Source: Syntrophaceae bacterium UBA2208 (GTDB lineage: Bacteria > Desulfobacterota > BSN033 > UBA1163). From it: a stretch of DNA of 53,039 nucleotides. This document shows, piece after piece, positions 1 to 8,693 of this stretch (its first letter is position 1; every line of letters starts with the position of its first letter). The notes beneath the pieces were generated by a model. That model was not told the DNA's origin, made no database searches, and saw only the letters and a program-made list of their open reading frames with translations. Both the position numbers and the translations under genes were made by a program. The stretch spans positions 21,584-74,622 of the forward strand of contig DCUS01000247.1 in assembly GCA_002327885.1 (NCBI GenBank), given 5' to 3'.

Positions 1-125
1 AAATAACTTTTGTAACCTGTTAAAGAGAGCCATCATGGACTTTTCGGAACAAGTGAAAGATCCGTCTGGAATATTCCTGATGGGACCCTAAAGATATTAG
101 CTAATACAAACGCATTAAATTGTTT

Positions 126-234
126 GTCATTGCGAGGAGTAAGACGACGAAGCAATCCCAGAAAAGATGAGATTGCCACGCTTGCGCGGCGTAGCGCTTC
201 AACGCGCAGGCACGCCCTTTGGGCTCACAATGAC
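126..234. repeat. GC-rich nested-palindrome element: an outer stem closing two internal hairpins
   Basis: gtcattgcgag (126-136) pairs with ctcacaatgac (224-234), 10/11. Inner stems are gcaatc/gattgc (152-157/171-176) and cttgcgcg/cgcgcagg (181-188/203-210, one G-U). It is clearly GC-richer than its flanks. Its translation produces the artefactual ORF 101-328(-) with CHCE.../...LLAMT strings. Confidence 0.55.
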
Positions 235-573
235 AGCTTCTGTAGACCGGAAATGTAAATAATTTTTTGCTCCGCTTCATAAGCTCTTTTGAAGAGTCAC
301 CCCTCCAGTTGATAAAAATTATATTCAATCGTCCCGCTCAAAGAAACACATTCCTGTCATAGAGGATTTCGTCCTGTACAACAGGACAAATTTATATAAA
401 TCCATTAAGCCTCGGAGTGGTAAATCATATGAATTTATTGAAATAATTAAGATTGTTCTTGTCCGGTAAGATTGGCACGTTTCTTGAGATCAATATTGAT
501 TGAATCAGCTTCTGGAAAGGACTTTTTTCGGAAAGTGCCGCACTCAAATTCTTTAGAGAGGTGGGATTCGAGA

Positions 574-828
574 ATGATTAAAAAAGGGGACCGGGTTAAA
601 AATGATTTGAGTCAAAAGGTGTATAAAGTGAGTATGGTTAAAAAAGAATGGATACTCCTGGAAGAGGAGGATGGATTAAATCAAGTTTTAACAGGGCAAA
701 ATAGTATTGGGTTGTCTTTTCAGATGATAAAGGATGAAGACGTTCCCATAAATTTTACTCCCAAAATGAAATCCGGTGAGGGAAGGGGGAGAATTATTGA
801 AAGATTAGCAAAGATTCTACAAATATAA
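574..828 (+). CDS. hypothetical small protein (84 aa from ATG 574)
   Basis: Open frame only, with a weak purine-rich stretch (gagaggtggg) upstream of ATG 574. The track's TTG 472 start has no support. No family recognised. Confidence 0.3.
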   Translation: MIKKGDRVKNDLSQKVYKVSMVKKEWILLEEEDGLNQVLTGQNSIGLSFQMIKDEDVPINFTPKMKSGEGRGRIIERLAKILQI

Positions 829-849
829 TTCTTGCAAAAGGAGGGAAGA

Positions 850-1407
850 ATGGCAGAGCAGAAGATGGTAAACGGAATAAATGTCACCGAGTTGTTCAAC
901 ACCATCGATCTTATCAAGAAGAATCCGGATATCGCCAAATTTAAATTTCGTGCCACCAATAAATGGGTCAACAGCACCCATAATCGAGCAACGGTAAAAG
1001 ATTTTTATGGCGCCCTGAAGGAGGATCACTCCAGAAAACCAGCGGTTTATGAGCTGGATGAGCCTCCCATTCTTCTGGGTAAGAATGAAGGATCTAATCC
1101 CGTTGAATATCTTCTTGTCGCACTGTCGGGATGCCTCACCACGAGCCTCATCGCTCATGCTTCAGCAAGAGGAATAGACATAAAAGGAGTGGAGTCCAGA
1201 TATGAGGGGGATCTGGATCTCCGTGGATTTCTTGGAATATCGGAGGATGTCCCGGTGGGTTATCAAAATATTCGTGTGTACTTCAAAATCGATGCTAATG
1301 TTTCAAACGAACAGAAGGAAGACCTGGTTCGGATGGCTCAAAAATACTCACCGGTTTTCAATACGATTACAAAATCAGCTCCGGTTTCCGTGCATCTGGA
1401 TAAATAG
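850..1407 (+). CDS. OsmC family (OsmC/Ohr-fold) redox protein
   Basis: ATG 850 is preceded by AAGGAGGG, and the track's TTG 832 start lies inside that RBS. Family-typical core ...GSNPVEYLLVALSGCLTTS... is present. The position of the second family Cys reads YSPVF (Ser). Confidence 0.8.
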   Translation: MAEQKMVNGINVTELFNTIDLIKKNPDIAKFKFRATNKWVNSTHNRATVKDFYGALKEDHSRKPAVYELDEPPILLGKNEGSNPVEYLLVALSGCLTTSLIAHASARGIDIKGVESRYEGDLDLRGFLGISEDVPVGYQNIRVYFKIDANVSNEQKEDLVRMAQKYSPVFNTITKSAPVSVHLDK

Positions 1408-1585
1408 GAGATAAGGATTAGGTATCTTTTCCCTGCAGGGAGCAGGCAAAGACGGATGGAAGGGAATGATAACAGATCGCTTAACCTGCTTTGTCGTAAT
1501 TTTTTTAACGAAGAAAAGGTTTAACCAAAAAATCTATTTTCGCTCAATTAGAGTATAAAAATATTCATTACCTTGGAGGGATAAA

Positions 1586-2515
1586 ATGAAAAGATATTTG
1601 GCCTCTTTCATCTCCTTCTTTTTAGTTTTTTCCTTAATTGGCTTGATTAATTATTTTCCTTATAAAAGGGCTGAAGGCAGTGAAGGCTTCGTCGGTTCCG
1701 AAACCTGCAAGGGTTGTCATGAAAATTCCTATTTGAGCTATGCTAAATCCATTCATGCCAAGAGGTCCATACCGGGCAGTCCAGGAAACAGGGATACCTG
1801 TGAGTCATGCCACGGACCGGGTGCTCAGCATGTTGAGAAGGAGGGGGAGGGCGGGGCTGCGATTTTTACTTACGGGGAGAGGATCGGGGCAAGAGATAAA
1901 TCCTCAAGATGTCTTTCATGTCACGAAGAGACGAAGCATACTGCGTTTTGGGACATGAGCAAGCATCAAGCAGCGCAAGTATCATGTGATCAATGCCATA
2001 AAGTCCATTCAATAAAGGAGAAGAATTTAAAAGCCCAGGAACCTGAATTATGCTACACCTGTCACCTCGACATAAAAGTTAAGACGAATAAACGATCACA
2101 CCATCCGATCAAGGAAGGGAAAGTAAAATGCAAGGATTGCCACAATCCCCATGGAAGCTTCGGTTTAAAAATGGTGAGAGCCGATACCTTCAATGAACTC
2201 TGTTACAATTGCCATTCCGAAAAAAGAGGACCTTATCTGTGGCAACATCCTCCCGTTGAAGAAGATTGTTTGAGTTGCCATGTCGCTCACGGAAGTAATC
2301 ATTCAAAACTTCTCCTCCGAAAAGTTCCACAACTTTGCCAGAGTTGTCATGATTTCAGCAGACATCCGGGTACGATCTATACGCAGCATGAAACCTTCCG
2401 AGGTCCGGCGGCGTCAGGGAAAAATAGAATGTTTGCCAGATCATGTTTAAATTGTCATTCAACGATCCACGGAAGTAATGCCCCTTCAGCAAGAGGGAAG
2501 ACATTTGTCAGATAG
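1586..2515 (+). CDS. periplasmic decahaem c-type cytochrome, DmsE/MtrA/MtoA family
   Basis: 309 aa with an N-terminal signal peptide. Exactly ten CXXCH motifs: CKGCH, CESCH, CLSCH, CDQCH, CYTCH, CKDCH, CYNCH, CLSCH, CQSCH, CLNCH. GGAGGG RBS. Size and haem density match MtrA-type decahaems. Confidence 0.9.
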   Translation: MKRYLASFISFFLVFSLIGLINYFPYKRAEGSEGFVGSETCKGCHENSYLSYAKSIHAKRSIPGSPGNRDTCESCHGPGAQHVEKEGEGGAAIFTYGERIGARDKSSRCLSCHEETKHTAFWDMSKHQAAQVSCDQCHKVHSIKEKNLKAQEPELCYTCHLDIKVKTNKRSHHPIKEGKVKCKDCHNPHGSFGLKMVRADTFNELCYNCHSEKRGPYLWQHPPVEEDCLSCHVAHGSNHSKLLLRKVPQLCQSCHDFSRHPGTIYTQHETFRGPAASGKNRMFARSCLNCHSTIHGSNAPSARGKTFVR

Positions 2516-2526
2516 GAGGGAAGCCC

Positions 2527-4644
2527 ATGCAGTCAAAAATAATCATACTTGTAGTCGTCGTCAGCTTCTTGTTATCTTTTACCGCCCTTGCTGAGGAAGA
2601 AGGACTGATAGAAGGATTAGAAGGGAGCATCACACTGGAAGGAAGAATCGGCAATATTGCAGGGGATAAGGCAAAATTTAACGAATATCGTGACATCAAA
2701 GATGGCTTCGGCCTCTACAGCAAAATACGTCTTCGCTATGACACAGAAAAATATTTTTTAAACTTCAAATCAAATGACATCGGATACGACACGCAGTCTT
2801 ACCGGCTAGACGGGGGCCGGTGGGGGAAGTTTAAAATCTATTTTGATTATCATGAGATCCCCCATCACTTTACGTTTGATGCGAGAAGCTTTTATGCAGG
2901 GGTGGGTGGTAATATTCTGACTTACCCCACCCATCCTCCAAGCACCCATCTCAGCACCTGGGACGATTTTGACTATTCCATTGAACGAAGACATTTTGGC
3001 GGTGGTTTTAAATGGGAGTTTTTTAAACCCTTTTTTTTCGATGTTTCCGCCTTCAGGGAAGAAAGGGAGGGAATCTTTCCGGTCGGAGTCGCTGGAACGA
3101 CACCGGGGGGGATTGCCATCGAACTCCCCGAACCGATCGATTTTACAACCAATACAATCAAACTCGAAACAGGTTATACGAAGAATCCTCTCTTTTTGTC
3201 GCTGGGTCTCTTTTTTAGTCAATTTGAAAATGATCATAATACTCTTTTCTTTCGAAATCCTTCGACCGTCAACACCGCCTCTACCATGGATGCCTTTACT
3301 TTACCCCCTGACAATCAATACTATAAACTTGCTTTTAAAGGCTCCCTGAAACTCCCCCTAAGAAGTCGATTTAATATGAATCTTGGTTTTTCGAGAGCGA
3401 ACTCAGAGGCTGATCTTTTCAATTCATACGTTGCCAATGTCGCTGGAGGTAGGACGGGGATTACCATCAGCGACCTTTCCTTCAAAGGTAAAATGGAGAC
3501 CCAAAATTATAATTTCGTTTTTACCTCAAATCCTCTTTCTTTTCTTGACGGGAAGATTTTCTACAGACATTACAGATTGGATAACAAATCTGACAAAATC
3601 ATCACCATGGATGATACCGATACTTTTATAAACCACCTCTTCGATTACAAGAAGGATAAGGCTGGTTTAGAATTACGTTTTAGACTTCCCATGAAACTCC
3701 ACCTCACGGGGGCCTACCATCATGTTCGTACGGAAAGGGAGCGGGAAGATATACCTAAAAACAAAGATAATATCTTGTCAATTGATTTGAGATGGGCCGG
3801 CATAGATTTTATGATAGCAAAAGTTGGGTTTGAAAAACTGTATCGGGACGCAAAATTTAACACAGTAAGAGATCCCCTTGATTTTCCTAATATTGAGACT
3901 TTTCTCAGGCGCTATGATGCAGCCGAACAGGACAGGGACACCTATAAAGTATCTGTTGACCTTTCTCCGATAGAAAACCTGAATTTTGGCATCGAGTATA
4001 AGCATAAGGAAATAGATTACAAGAAAACCATTTTAGGGCTGCAAAAAGAGAAGAGGGATGGAATTGATTTGGATGCGGACTATACCGCTGGGAAGTATGC
4101 AAGAATATTCGGTTACTTTTTATACGAGAGAATTAAAAACAGTCAATTTCAGAGACAGTTCGTTCCAGCTGACTCTCCTAACCCGGTCAGCCCGCCGACT
4201 TCAAGTGCCTTCAACTGGGACGTGACCCAGAAGGATGGAGAATACGATTATGGGATTGGGACAGAAATTTTTATTATTCCCAATAAATTGACCTTGACTC
4301 TTCAACATGATTATGTGAGATCGAATGGATCTGCCGATTTTACATACTTTCTGGGGGCCAATCCACTTCCAGCTGGAAGGACACAGGATAATATTGATAT
4401 CTCGGATTGGGATGACTACAGATTAAAATCATATATGATTAAAGCGACTTATAAGGCTACAAAAAGATTCTCATTCTCGTTGGGATATGCCTATGAAAAA
4501 TTCCGGTATAAAGATGCCCAGTTGGACGGTTACCAGTTTGTCCCAGCAATTTCGGGCACCAACGGAGCCTATCTGACAGGAGCCTATAAAGACCCATCCT
4601 ATAGTGGAAGTATTGTCTTTCTGGGAGTGAGCTATAAGTTTTAA
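2527..4644 (+). CDS. MtrB/PioB-family decahaem-associated outer-membrane beta-barrel
   Basis: 705 aa, starting 11 nt after the decahaem gene with an AGGAGGG RBS. Signal peptide ...FTALA/EEE. Alternating beta-strand pattern throughout, ending ...GVSYKF (OMP terminal Phe). N-terminal ...KFNEYRD... region is as in the MtrB/PioB family. No cysteine anywhere. Confidence 0.85.
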   Translation: MQSKIIILVVVVSFLLSFTALAEEEGLIEGLEGSITLEGRIGNIAGDKAKFNEYRDIKDGFGLYSKIRLRYDTEKYFLNFKSNDIGYDTQSYRLDGGRWGKFKIYFDYHEIPHHFTFDARSFYAGVGGNILTYPTHPPSTHLSTWDDFDYSIERRHFGGGFKWEFFKPFFFDVSAFREEREGIFPVGVAGTTPGGIAIELPEPIDFTTNTIKLETGYTKNPLFLSLGLFFSQFENDHNTLFFRNPSTVNTASTMDAFTLPPDNQYYKLAFKGSLKLPLRSRFNMNLGFSRANSEADLFNSYVANVAGGRTGITISDLSFKGKMETQNYNFVFTSNPLSFLDGKIFYRHYRLDNKSDKIITMDDTDTFINHLFDYKKDKAGLELRFRLPMKLHLTGAYHHVRTEREREDIPKNKDNILSIDLRWAGIDFMIAKVGFEKLYRDAKFNTVRDPLDFPNIETFLRRYDAAEQDRDTYKVSVDLSPIENLNFGIEYKHKEIDYKKTILGLQKEKRDGIDLDADYTAGKYARIFGYFLYERIKNSQFQRQFVPADSPNPVSPPTSSAFNWDVTQKDGEYDYGIGTEIFIIPNKLTLTLQHDYVRSNGSADFTYFLGANPLPAGRTQDNIDISDWDDYRLKSYMIKATYKATKRFSFSLGYAYEKFRYKDAQLDGYQFVPAISGTNGAYLTGAYKDPSYSGSIVFLGVSYKF

Positions 4645-4744
4645 ATATTCCATAAGATCCCGTTGGTTGTGTATGCAATGATTACCGAAAGCAATAAATA
4701 GGTACCATTGAGAATCATTTTTACCGCCCACTCGCCCCAAAAGG

Positions 4745-4940
4745 ATGGGGCTCCTTCGAGACACGGAGGACACGGAGAAGGAGACTTTTATGGAAAATCG
4801 GGAGAGTCCGATTTTCCATAAGTTTTCACGCCTTTGGCCACACACTACCCCAAAAGAGGGGCGGAAATATTTTTGTTTGTCGGGAGATACCGACAAACAA
4901 AAGTTCTTTTCTCTGCGACCTCCGTGCCTCGGTGGTGAAA
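4745..4940. repeat. composite palindromic repeat element in the mtrB-usp intergenic region
   Basis: Two perfect hairpins with 6-nt GAGA-type loops: stems 4788-4801/4808-4821 (loop gagagt) and 4871-4883/4890-4902 (loop gagata). They are bracketed by inverted cacggag (4762-68, 4771-77) and ctccgtg (4920-26) motifs. The element generates the artefact ORFs 4745-5002(+) and 4471-4944(-). Confidence 0.6.
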
Positions 4941-5156
4941 GCAAGCAATTTTATGCTCTCCTTAATAAAATAAGTCGAAGTGGTCTCCCTTTGAAACCTT
5001 GAAAAGAGGATTAATAGAATCTCCCACCATTTTATTTGCTTGATCCTTTAACAAATTTCTGTGATAGTATTTATCGGGTAAAGCCTTGAAAGATATCGAC
5101 AACAAAAATGAAGAGGAAAAGCTGTTTAATAAAGTTTGAACAACGGAGGGTGCTTT

Positions 5157-5582
5157 ATGGAGAAAATTGAAAAAATTTTGGTCCCCTTGGATGGTTCGAA
5201 TTGTGCGGAAAATGTTTTTCCAAAAGTTGAAAAATTAGCCACGGATTTGAAAGCCACTCTTGTTCTTTTGCGTGTCGCCTATGCTCATGTTTTCCCGGGG
5301 GTGGATCCCACTGATGCTGAGGTAAAGGTCGTCCGGGAGGCAGAGGAATATCTAAGTAGAATGAAAGAGGGGCTGGAAGCAAAGGGGGTCAAGGTGGAGA
5401 CCCATGTTCGTTATGGCCATGATGCGGAAGAGATCCTGGATCATGCCGCACAAAAGGACATTGATTTAATTGCGATGACCACCCATGGGAGAAGTGGAAT
5501 CAAACGATTTCTTCTTGGAAGCGTGGCAGAAAAAGTGCTTCGCTATTCCCCCAAACCTATCTTTCTTGTTCGTTGCACTTAA
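5157..5582 (+). CDS. universal stress protein (UspA family)
   Basis: ATG 5157 follows ACGGAGGG. ...ILVPLDGS... N-terminus and C-terminal ATP-binding-type motif ...HGRSGIKRFLLGSVAEKVLRYSPKPIFLV. Confidence 0.85.
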   Translation: MEKIEKILVPLDGSNCAENVFPKVEKLATDLKATLVLLRVAYAHVFPGVDPTDAEVKVVREAEEYLSRMKEGLEAKGVKVETHVRYGHDAEEILDHAAQKDIDLIAMTTHGRSGIKRFLLGSVAEKVLRYSPKPIFLVRCT

Positions 5583-5654
5583 AAAGGTAGCCGCTTTTAA
5601 TACGACATCCAAAGATCTTAACAGGAAATTGTTGAAAGAGGGGGAAGAGGAAGG

Positions 5655-6416
5655 ATGATGAATCGGGATCGGCTTAAGAAACTAGCTGCGGAGGAGCGAT
5701 TCATCCCGGGCATTTACAACTACTGTGACCGATGGTGCGAGCGTTGTCCGCAGACCTCCCACTGCCTGAATTTTTCACTCTCGGAGGAGGAGTTCTCGGA
5801 CCCCGAAACAAAGGATATTCGAAATAAGGCATTCTGGAATAAATTATCAGGAATCCTTGGGGAAACCATGGAACTGCTTAGGGAAAGTGCGAAAGAATGG
5901 GGCGTAGACCTCGAAACTTTAGATTCAACGGGCGACATAGAAAATTTAAGGCTGAAGAATAGGGCGGCGGAAAACCATCTCCTTTGCCGGGCCGCTAAAA
6001 GTTACACCGACATGGCGAAAGATTGGTTTGAGGGGAGAGAAACACTCCTTCTTGAAACCGCAGCTGCCGCAAGAGAGGGAGTAAGTCTTGAGGAGGCCAT
6101 CGAGGTCATCCGGTGGTACCAATATTTTATCAGCGCTAAAGTCATGCGAGCCGTCCGAGGAAAGATCGATGAGGAAGAAGAAAGGTTCGATGAATTTCCA
6201 AGTGATTCGGATGGCTCAGCCAAAATTGCGCTGATCGCCATGGACCGCTCGATCTCTGCCTGGGCGGTAATTCGCCATTATGCCGGCGATGATGATGAGA
6301 GGGTGATGGAAATCATTGTTTTTCTCGACGGTTTGAAACAAGCAATGGAGAAAACATTTCCCAATGCAAGGTCATTTATTCGGCCCGGATTTGACAGAGT
6401 CGATCAAAATCAATAG
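5655..6416 (+). CDS. hypothetical acidic protein with an N-terminal 4-Cys motif
   Basis: 253 aa with a GAGGAAGG RBS. Motif C-x3-C-x2-C-x5-C (CDRWCERCPQTSHC) near the N-terminus; the rest is acidic and helical-looking. No family recognised. Confidence 0.6.
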   Translation: MMNRDRLKKLAAEERFIPGIYNYCDRWCERCPQTSHCLNFSLSEEEFSDPETKDIRNKAFWNKLSGILGETMELLRESAKEWGVDLETLDSTGDIENLRLKNRAAENHLLCRAAKSYTDMAKDWFEGRETLLLETAAAAREGVSLEEAIEVIRWYQYFISAKVMRAVRGKIDEEEERFDEFPSDSDGSAKIALIAMDRSISAWAVIRHYAGDDDERVMEIIVFLDGLKQAMEKTFPNARSFIRPGFDRVDQNQ

Positions 6417-6470
6417 CTGGCTATAACGGGTTCCGATTTTTTATTGGAGAATCCAAAAGAGGAGGGTTTT

Positions 6471-6569
6471 ATGAAAGATAAAAGCAGGGGGTTAAAGGAA
6501 GGCAAGAAAGCGCCCCAGAAAAGCCTGAAAGAAAAAAGAAAGATGAAGAAGGAAAAGAAAAACAGGTAA
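6471..6569 (+). CDS. small Lys/Arg-rich peptide (32 aa), not in the ORF track
   Basis: ATG 6471 lies 5 nt after AAGAGGAGGG. Translation: MKDKSRGLKEGKKAPQKSLKEKRKMKKEKKNR*. The only coding evidence is the strong RBS and correct spacing. Confidence 0.4.
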   Translation: MKDKSRGLKEGKKAPQKSLKEKRKMKKEKKNR

Positions 6570-6570
6570 G

Positions 6571-6985
6571 TGTGGACTCTGTGCCACACTCAATGAATTG
6601 TTGACGGTTCAAGAATTTGGTCAGCCTTCGTTTATTCAATATATTTGCCTTGGGGGGACCAGAATATTAGAGTTTTTCAAAGTAGCCGCTGGAAGAGATG
6701 ATGAAAACAGGTTAGAGGGTTTAGAATTTACAGGGACTCTTCAATTTTAAAGGAGGACTAACAGGGAAAAAGGATTGTTTACCTGGCCGGGTTGGGGAGG
6801 AGCCTATCCACAGTGGTCCTGTAAAAGGAAAAGTGGTTGAGCCCAATAAGAAACTCCCCCAATACTATCAACTCAGCGGTTGGGATAAAGAAAGAGTCCC
6901 GATAAAGAAAAAAGAGGGTAGCTTGGATTGGAGTAATGAATTCTTCAGGAACTTAAGAACTATAGCTTTAGGACAGATCCTTTAG
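6571..6985 (+). pseudogene. remnant of the C-terminal third of an AOR-family gene
   Basis: Frame from 6725 reads ...FNFKGGLTGKKDCLPGRVGEEPIHSGPVKGKVV...LPQYYQLSGWDKERVPIKK...*. This parallels the intact AOR C-terminus at 19800-20084 (NVREGFTREDDKLPK...YYDECGWD..GIPTREK). An upstream piece in another frame (6571-6750) begins CGLCATLNELLTVQEF (compare CLGVCTMT...LTMEDL). There is no start codon, and stops at 6713, 6722 and 6748 break the frames. Confidence 0.55.
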
Positions 6986-7028
6986 TCTTAAGCATTGCGA
7001 GCCTGAGGGGCTGTCCTCCTCATCATAA

Positions 7029-8309
7029 ATGGAGCAAGAAATGATAAGGAAGAAAAAGAAACGTATTGTCATCATTGGAAACAGTGCCGCAGGGCTTTCG
7101 GCTTTGGAGGCTTTTAGGAGGAAAGACCAGAACTCAGCGATAGTTATAATCGATCAAGAACCACACTTGGCATACTCTCGAGTCATTACTCCGTACTTTA
7201 TTATGGGAGAGATCAAAAAAGAGGGAGGGCTATTTTTAAAGACAGAAACATTTTACAAGGACTTGAATGTGAATACCCTCTTTGGGGAAAAGGTCTTGTC
7301 TATTGATGTTCAGTCGCGGAAAGTCGTTTTAGATGATGGGAAGAAGGAGCCTTTTGATCTCCTCCTTATCGCCACTGGTGCTTCTCCCACTCGCCCAAAA
7401 ATCGAGGGGAGAATCGAGAAAGATATTTACGTATTAAGAAGTCTTTCTGATGCCAAACAACTAAAAAAAGTAAAAGGAAAAGCCCGGAACTTCCTTTTTC
7501 TTGGTGCGGGATTAGTTTCCCTTCAAACGCTTCAAGCATTATATACATCAAAGGGAGAATACACCCTTGTAGTCAAATCGGATCACATCTTATCAAAAAC
7601 ACTCGATTACGAGGCCTCTCAAATAGTTGAAAGACATCTGGTAAAAAGGGGCATTAGGATCATTAAGGAGAAGGATGTTGTCCGATTGAAGGGAATGAAC
7701 GGATCGAAAATAGCTACTCTTACCCACGGGGAGCAGATCGAAACCGATCTTATCTTTGCAGGCAAGGGAGTGAGACCGAATATGGATTTTCTTGATGGGG
7801 GTGGTGTTAAGATACAGAATGGAATTTTGGTCAATGAGTATATGGAAACCAATGAAGAGGGTATTTATGCTGCAGGTGATGTGGCTCAAGCACCTGATTT
7901 CTTCTCAGCCGAAAAGGTTAATTATGGCCTTTGGCCTTCTGCCGTAGAACAAGGGGAAATTGTCGGTAAGAACATGGCTGGTCTGAAAGAAATTTATTCC
8001 GGAAATTTAAGAATGAATGTCACCCAAATTTTCTCGATGCCTATTGTATCTATCGGTGATTTCGGATCGATGAGAGTCAGTGAAACTCTGATCAAAAAGG
8101 ATGAGAAAAATAGTATTTACCGAAAAATCTGTATTGATCAGAATGGAGCCTTAATTGGTGCCATTTTGATCAATCGGATAGAAGACTTGGGTATTATTCA
8201 CGGACTCATCAGAGCGAGAAAAAATGTTGACCTATTGTCTAAATCAATGTGGGAATCTCCGACGAGCTATGTATCCGTTTACAAGAATATTATGGAGGGA
8301 AAACTCTAA
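7029..8309 (+). CDS. FAD/NAD(P)-dependent pyridine nucleotide-disulfide oxidoreductase family protein
   Basis: 426 aa. N-terminal IVIIGNSAAGLSA dinucleotide fold, a second fold FLFLGAGLVSLQ, and the ...YAAGDVAQ motif. No redox-active Cys pair is evident near the N-terminus. Confidence 0.8.
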   Translation: MEQEMIRKKKKRIVIIGNSAAGLSALEAFRRKDQNSAIVIIDQEPHLAYSRVITPYFIMGEIKKEGGLFLKTETFYKDLNVNTLFGEKVLSIDVQSRKVVLDDGKKEPFDLLLIATGASPTRPKIEGRIEKDIYVLRSLSDAKQLKKVKGKARNFLFLGAGLVSLQTLQALYTSKGEYTLVVKSDHILSKTLDYEASQIVERHLVKRGIRIIKEKDVVRLKGMNGSKIATLTHGEQIETDLIFAGKGVRPNMDFLDGGGVKIQNGILVNEYMETNEEGIYAAGDVAQAPDFFSAEKVNYGLWPSAVEQGEIVGKNMAGLKEIYSGNLRMNVTQIFSMPIVSIGDFGSMRVSETLIKKDEKNSIYRKICIDQNGALIGAILINRIEDLGIIHGLIRARKNVDLLSKSMWESPTSYVSVYKNIMEGKL

Positions 8310-8693
8310 GTTTTTAAGTGAAGGAGTTAAATTTAAAATTTAGAAGGGTAAATAAATATTTATAAAATTGAAAGAAAAAATTGGTTCTCTTGAATCGGCT
8401 ATGGTTGTAAGCCAGTTTATCGGACGTCGGGTAGGAATTGTTGGAGTTCGAGCTGGGGGAAGATCGAAAAATAACCCTCAAGAACCCCAAGAGCGGAAAG
8501 GAGCAGCAACTTAGTTCCGGGTTATCCCTTACACCTCCCTCCGGCTACACGGACGAACTGCCGAACTCCTGGGGTTGGACTTTAACCAACAAGTCATACG
8601 TTTTATACGGCATACCCTATGAATGTTAACTATGGCCCAACCTTGGCAGATAACGATTACTGGCAGAAAGTAAGCGTAACGCTTGTTTGGATT

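Noticed and set aside
101-328. 75-aa minus-strand ORF (…CHCEPKGRACALKRYAAQAWQS…LLLAMT…)
   Set aside because: It is carried almost entirely by the GC-rich palindromic element at 126-234. It has no RBS, and the amino-acid strings are the usual translation artefact of such repeats.
4471-5002. ORFs 4471-4944(-) and 4745-5002(+) in the mtrB-usp gap
   Set aside because: Both run through the hairpin/inverted-repeat element and overlap each other. They lack an RBS and any domain signature (…SLRPPCLGGE… is a repeat translation).
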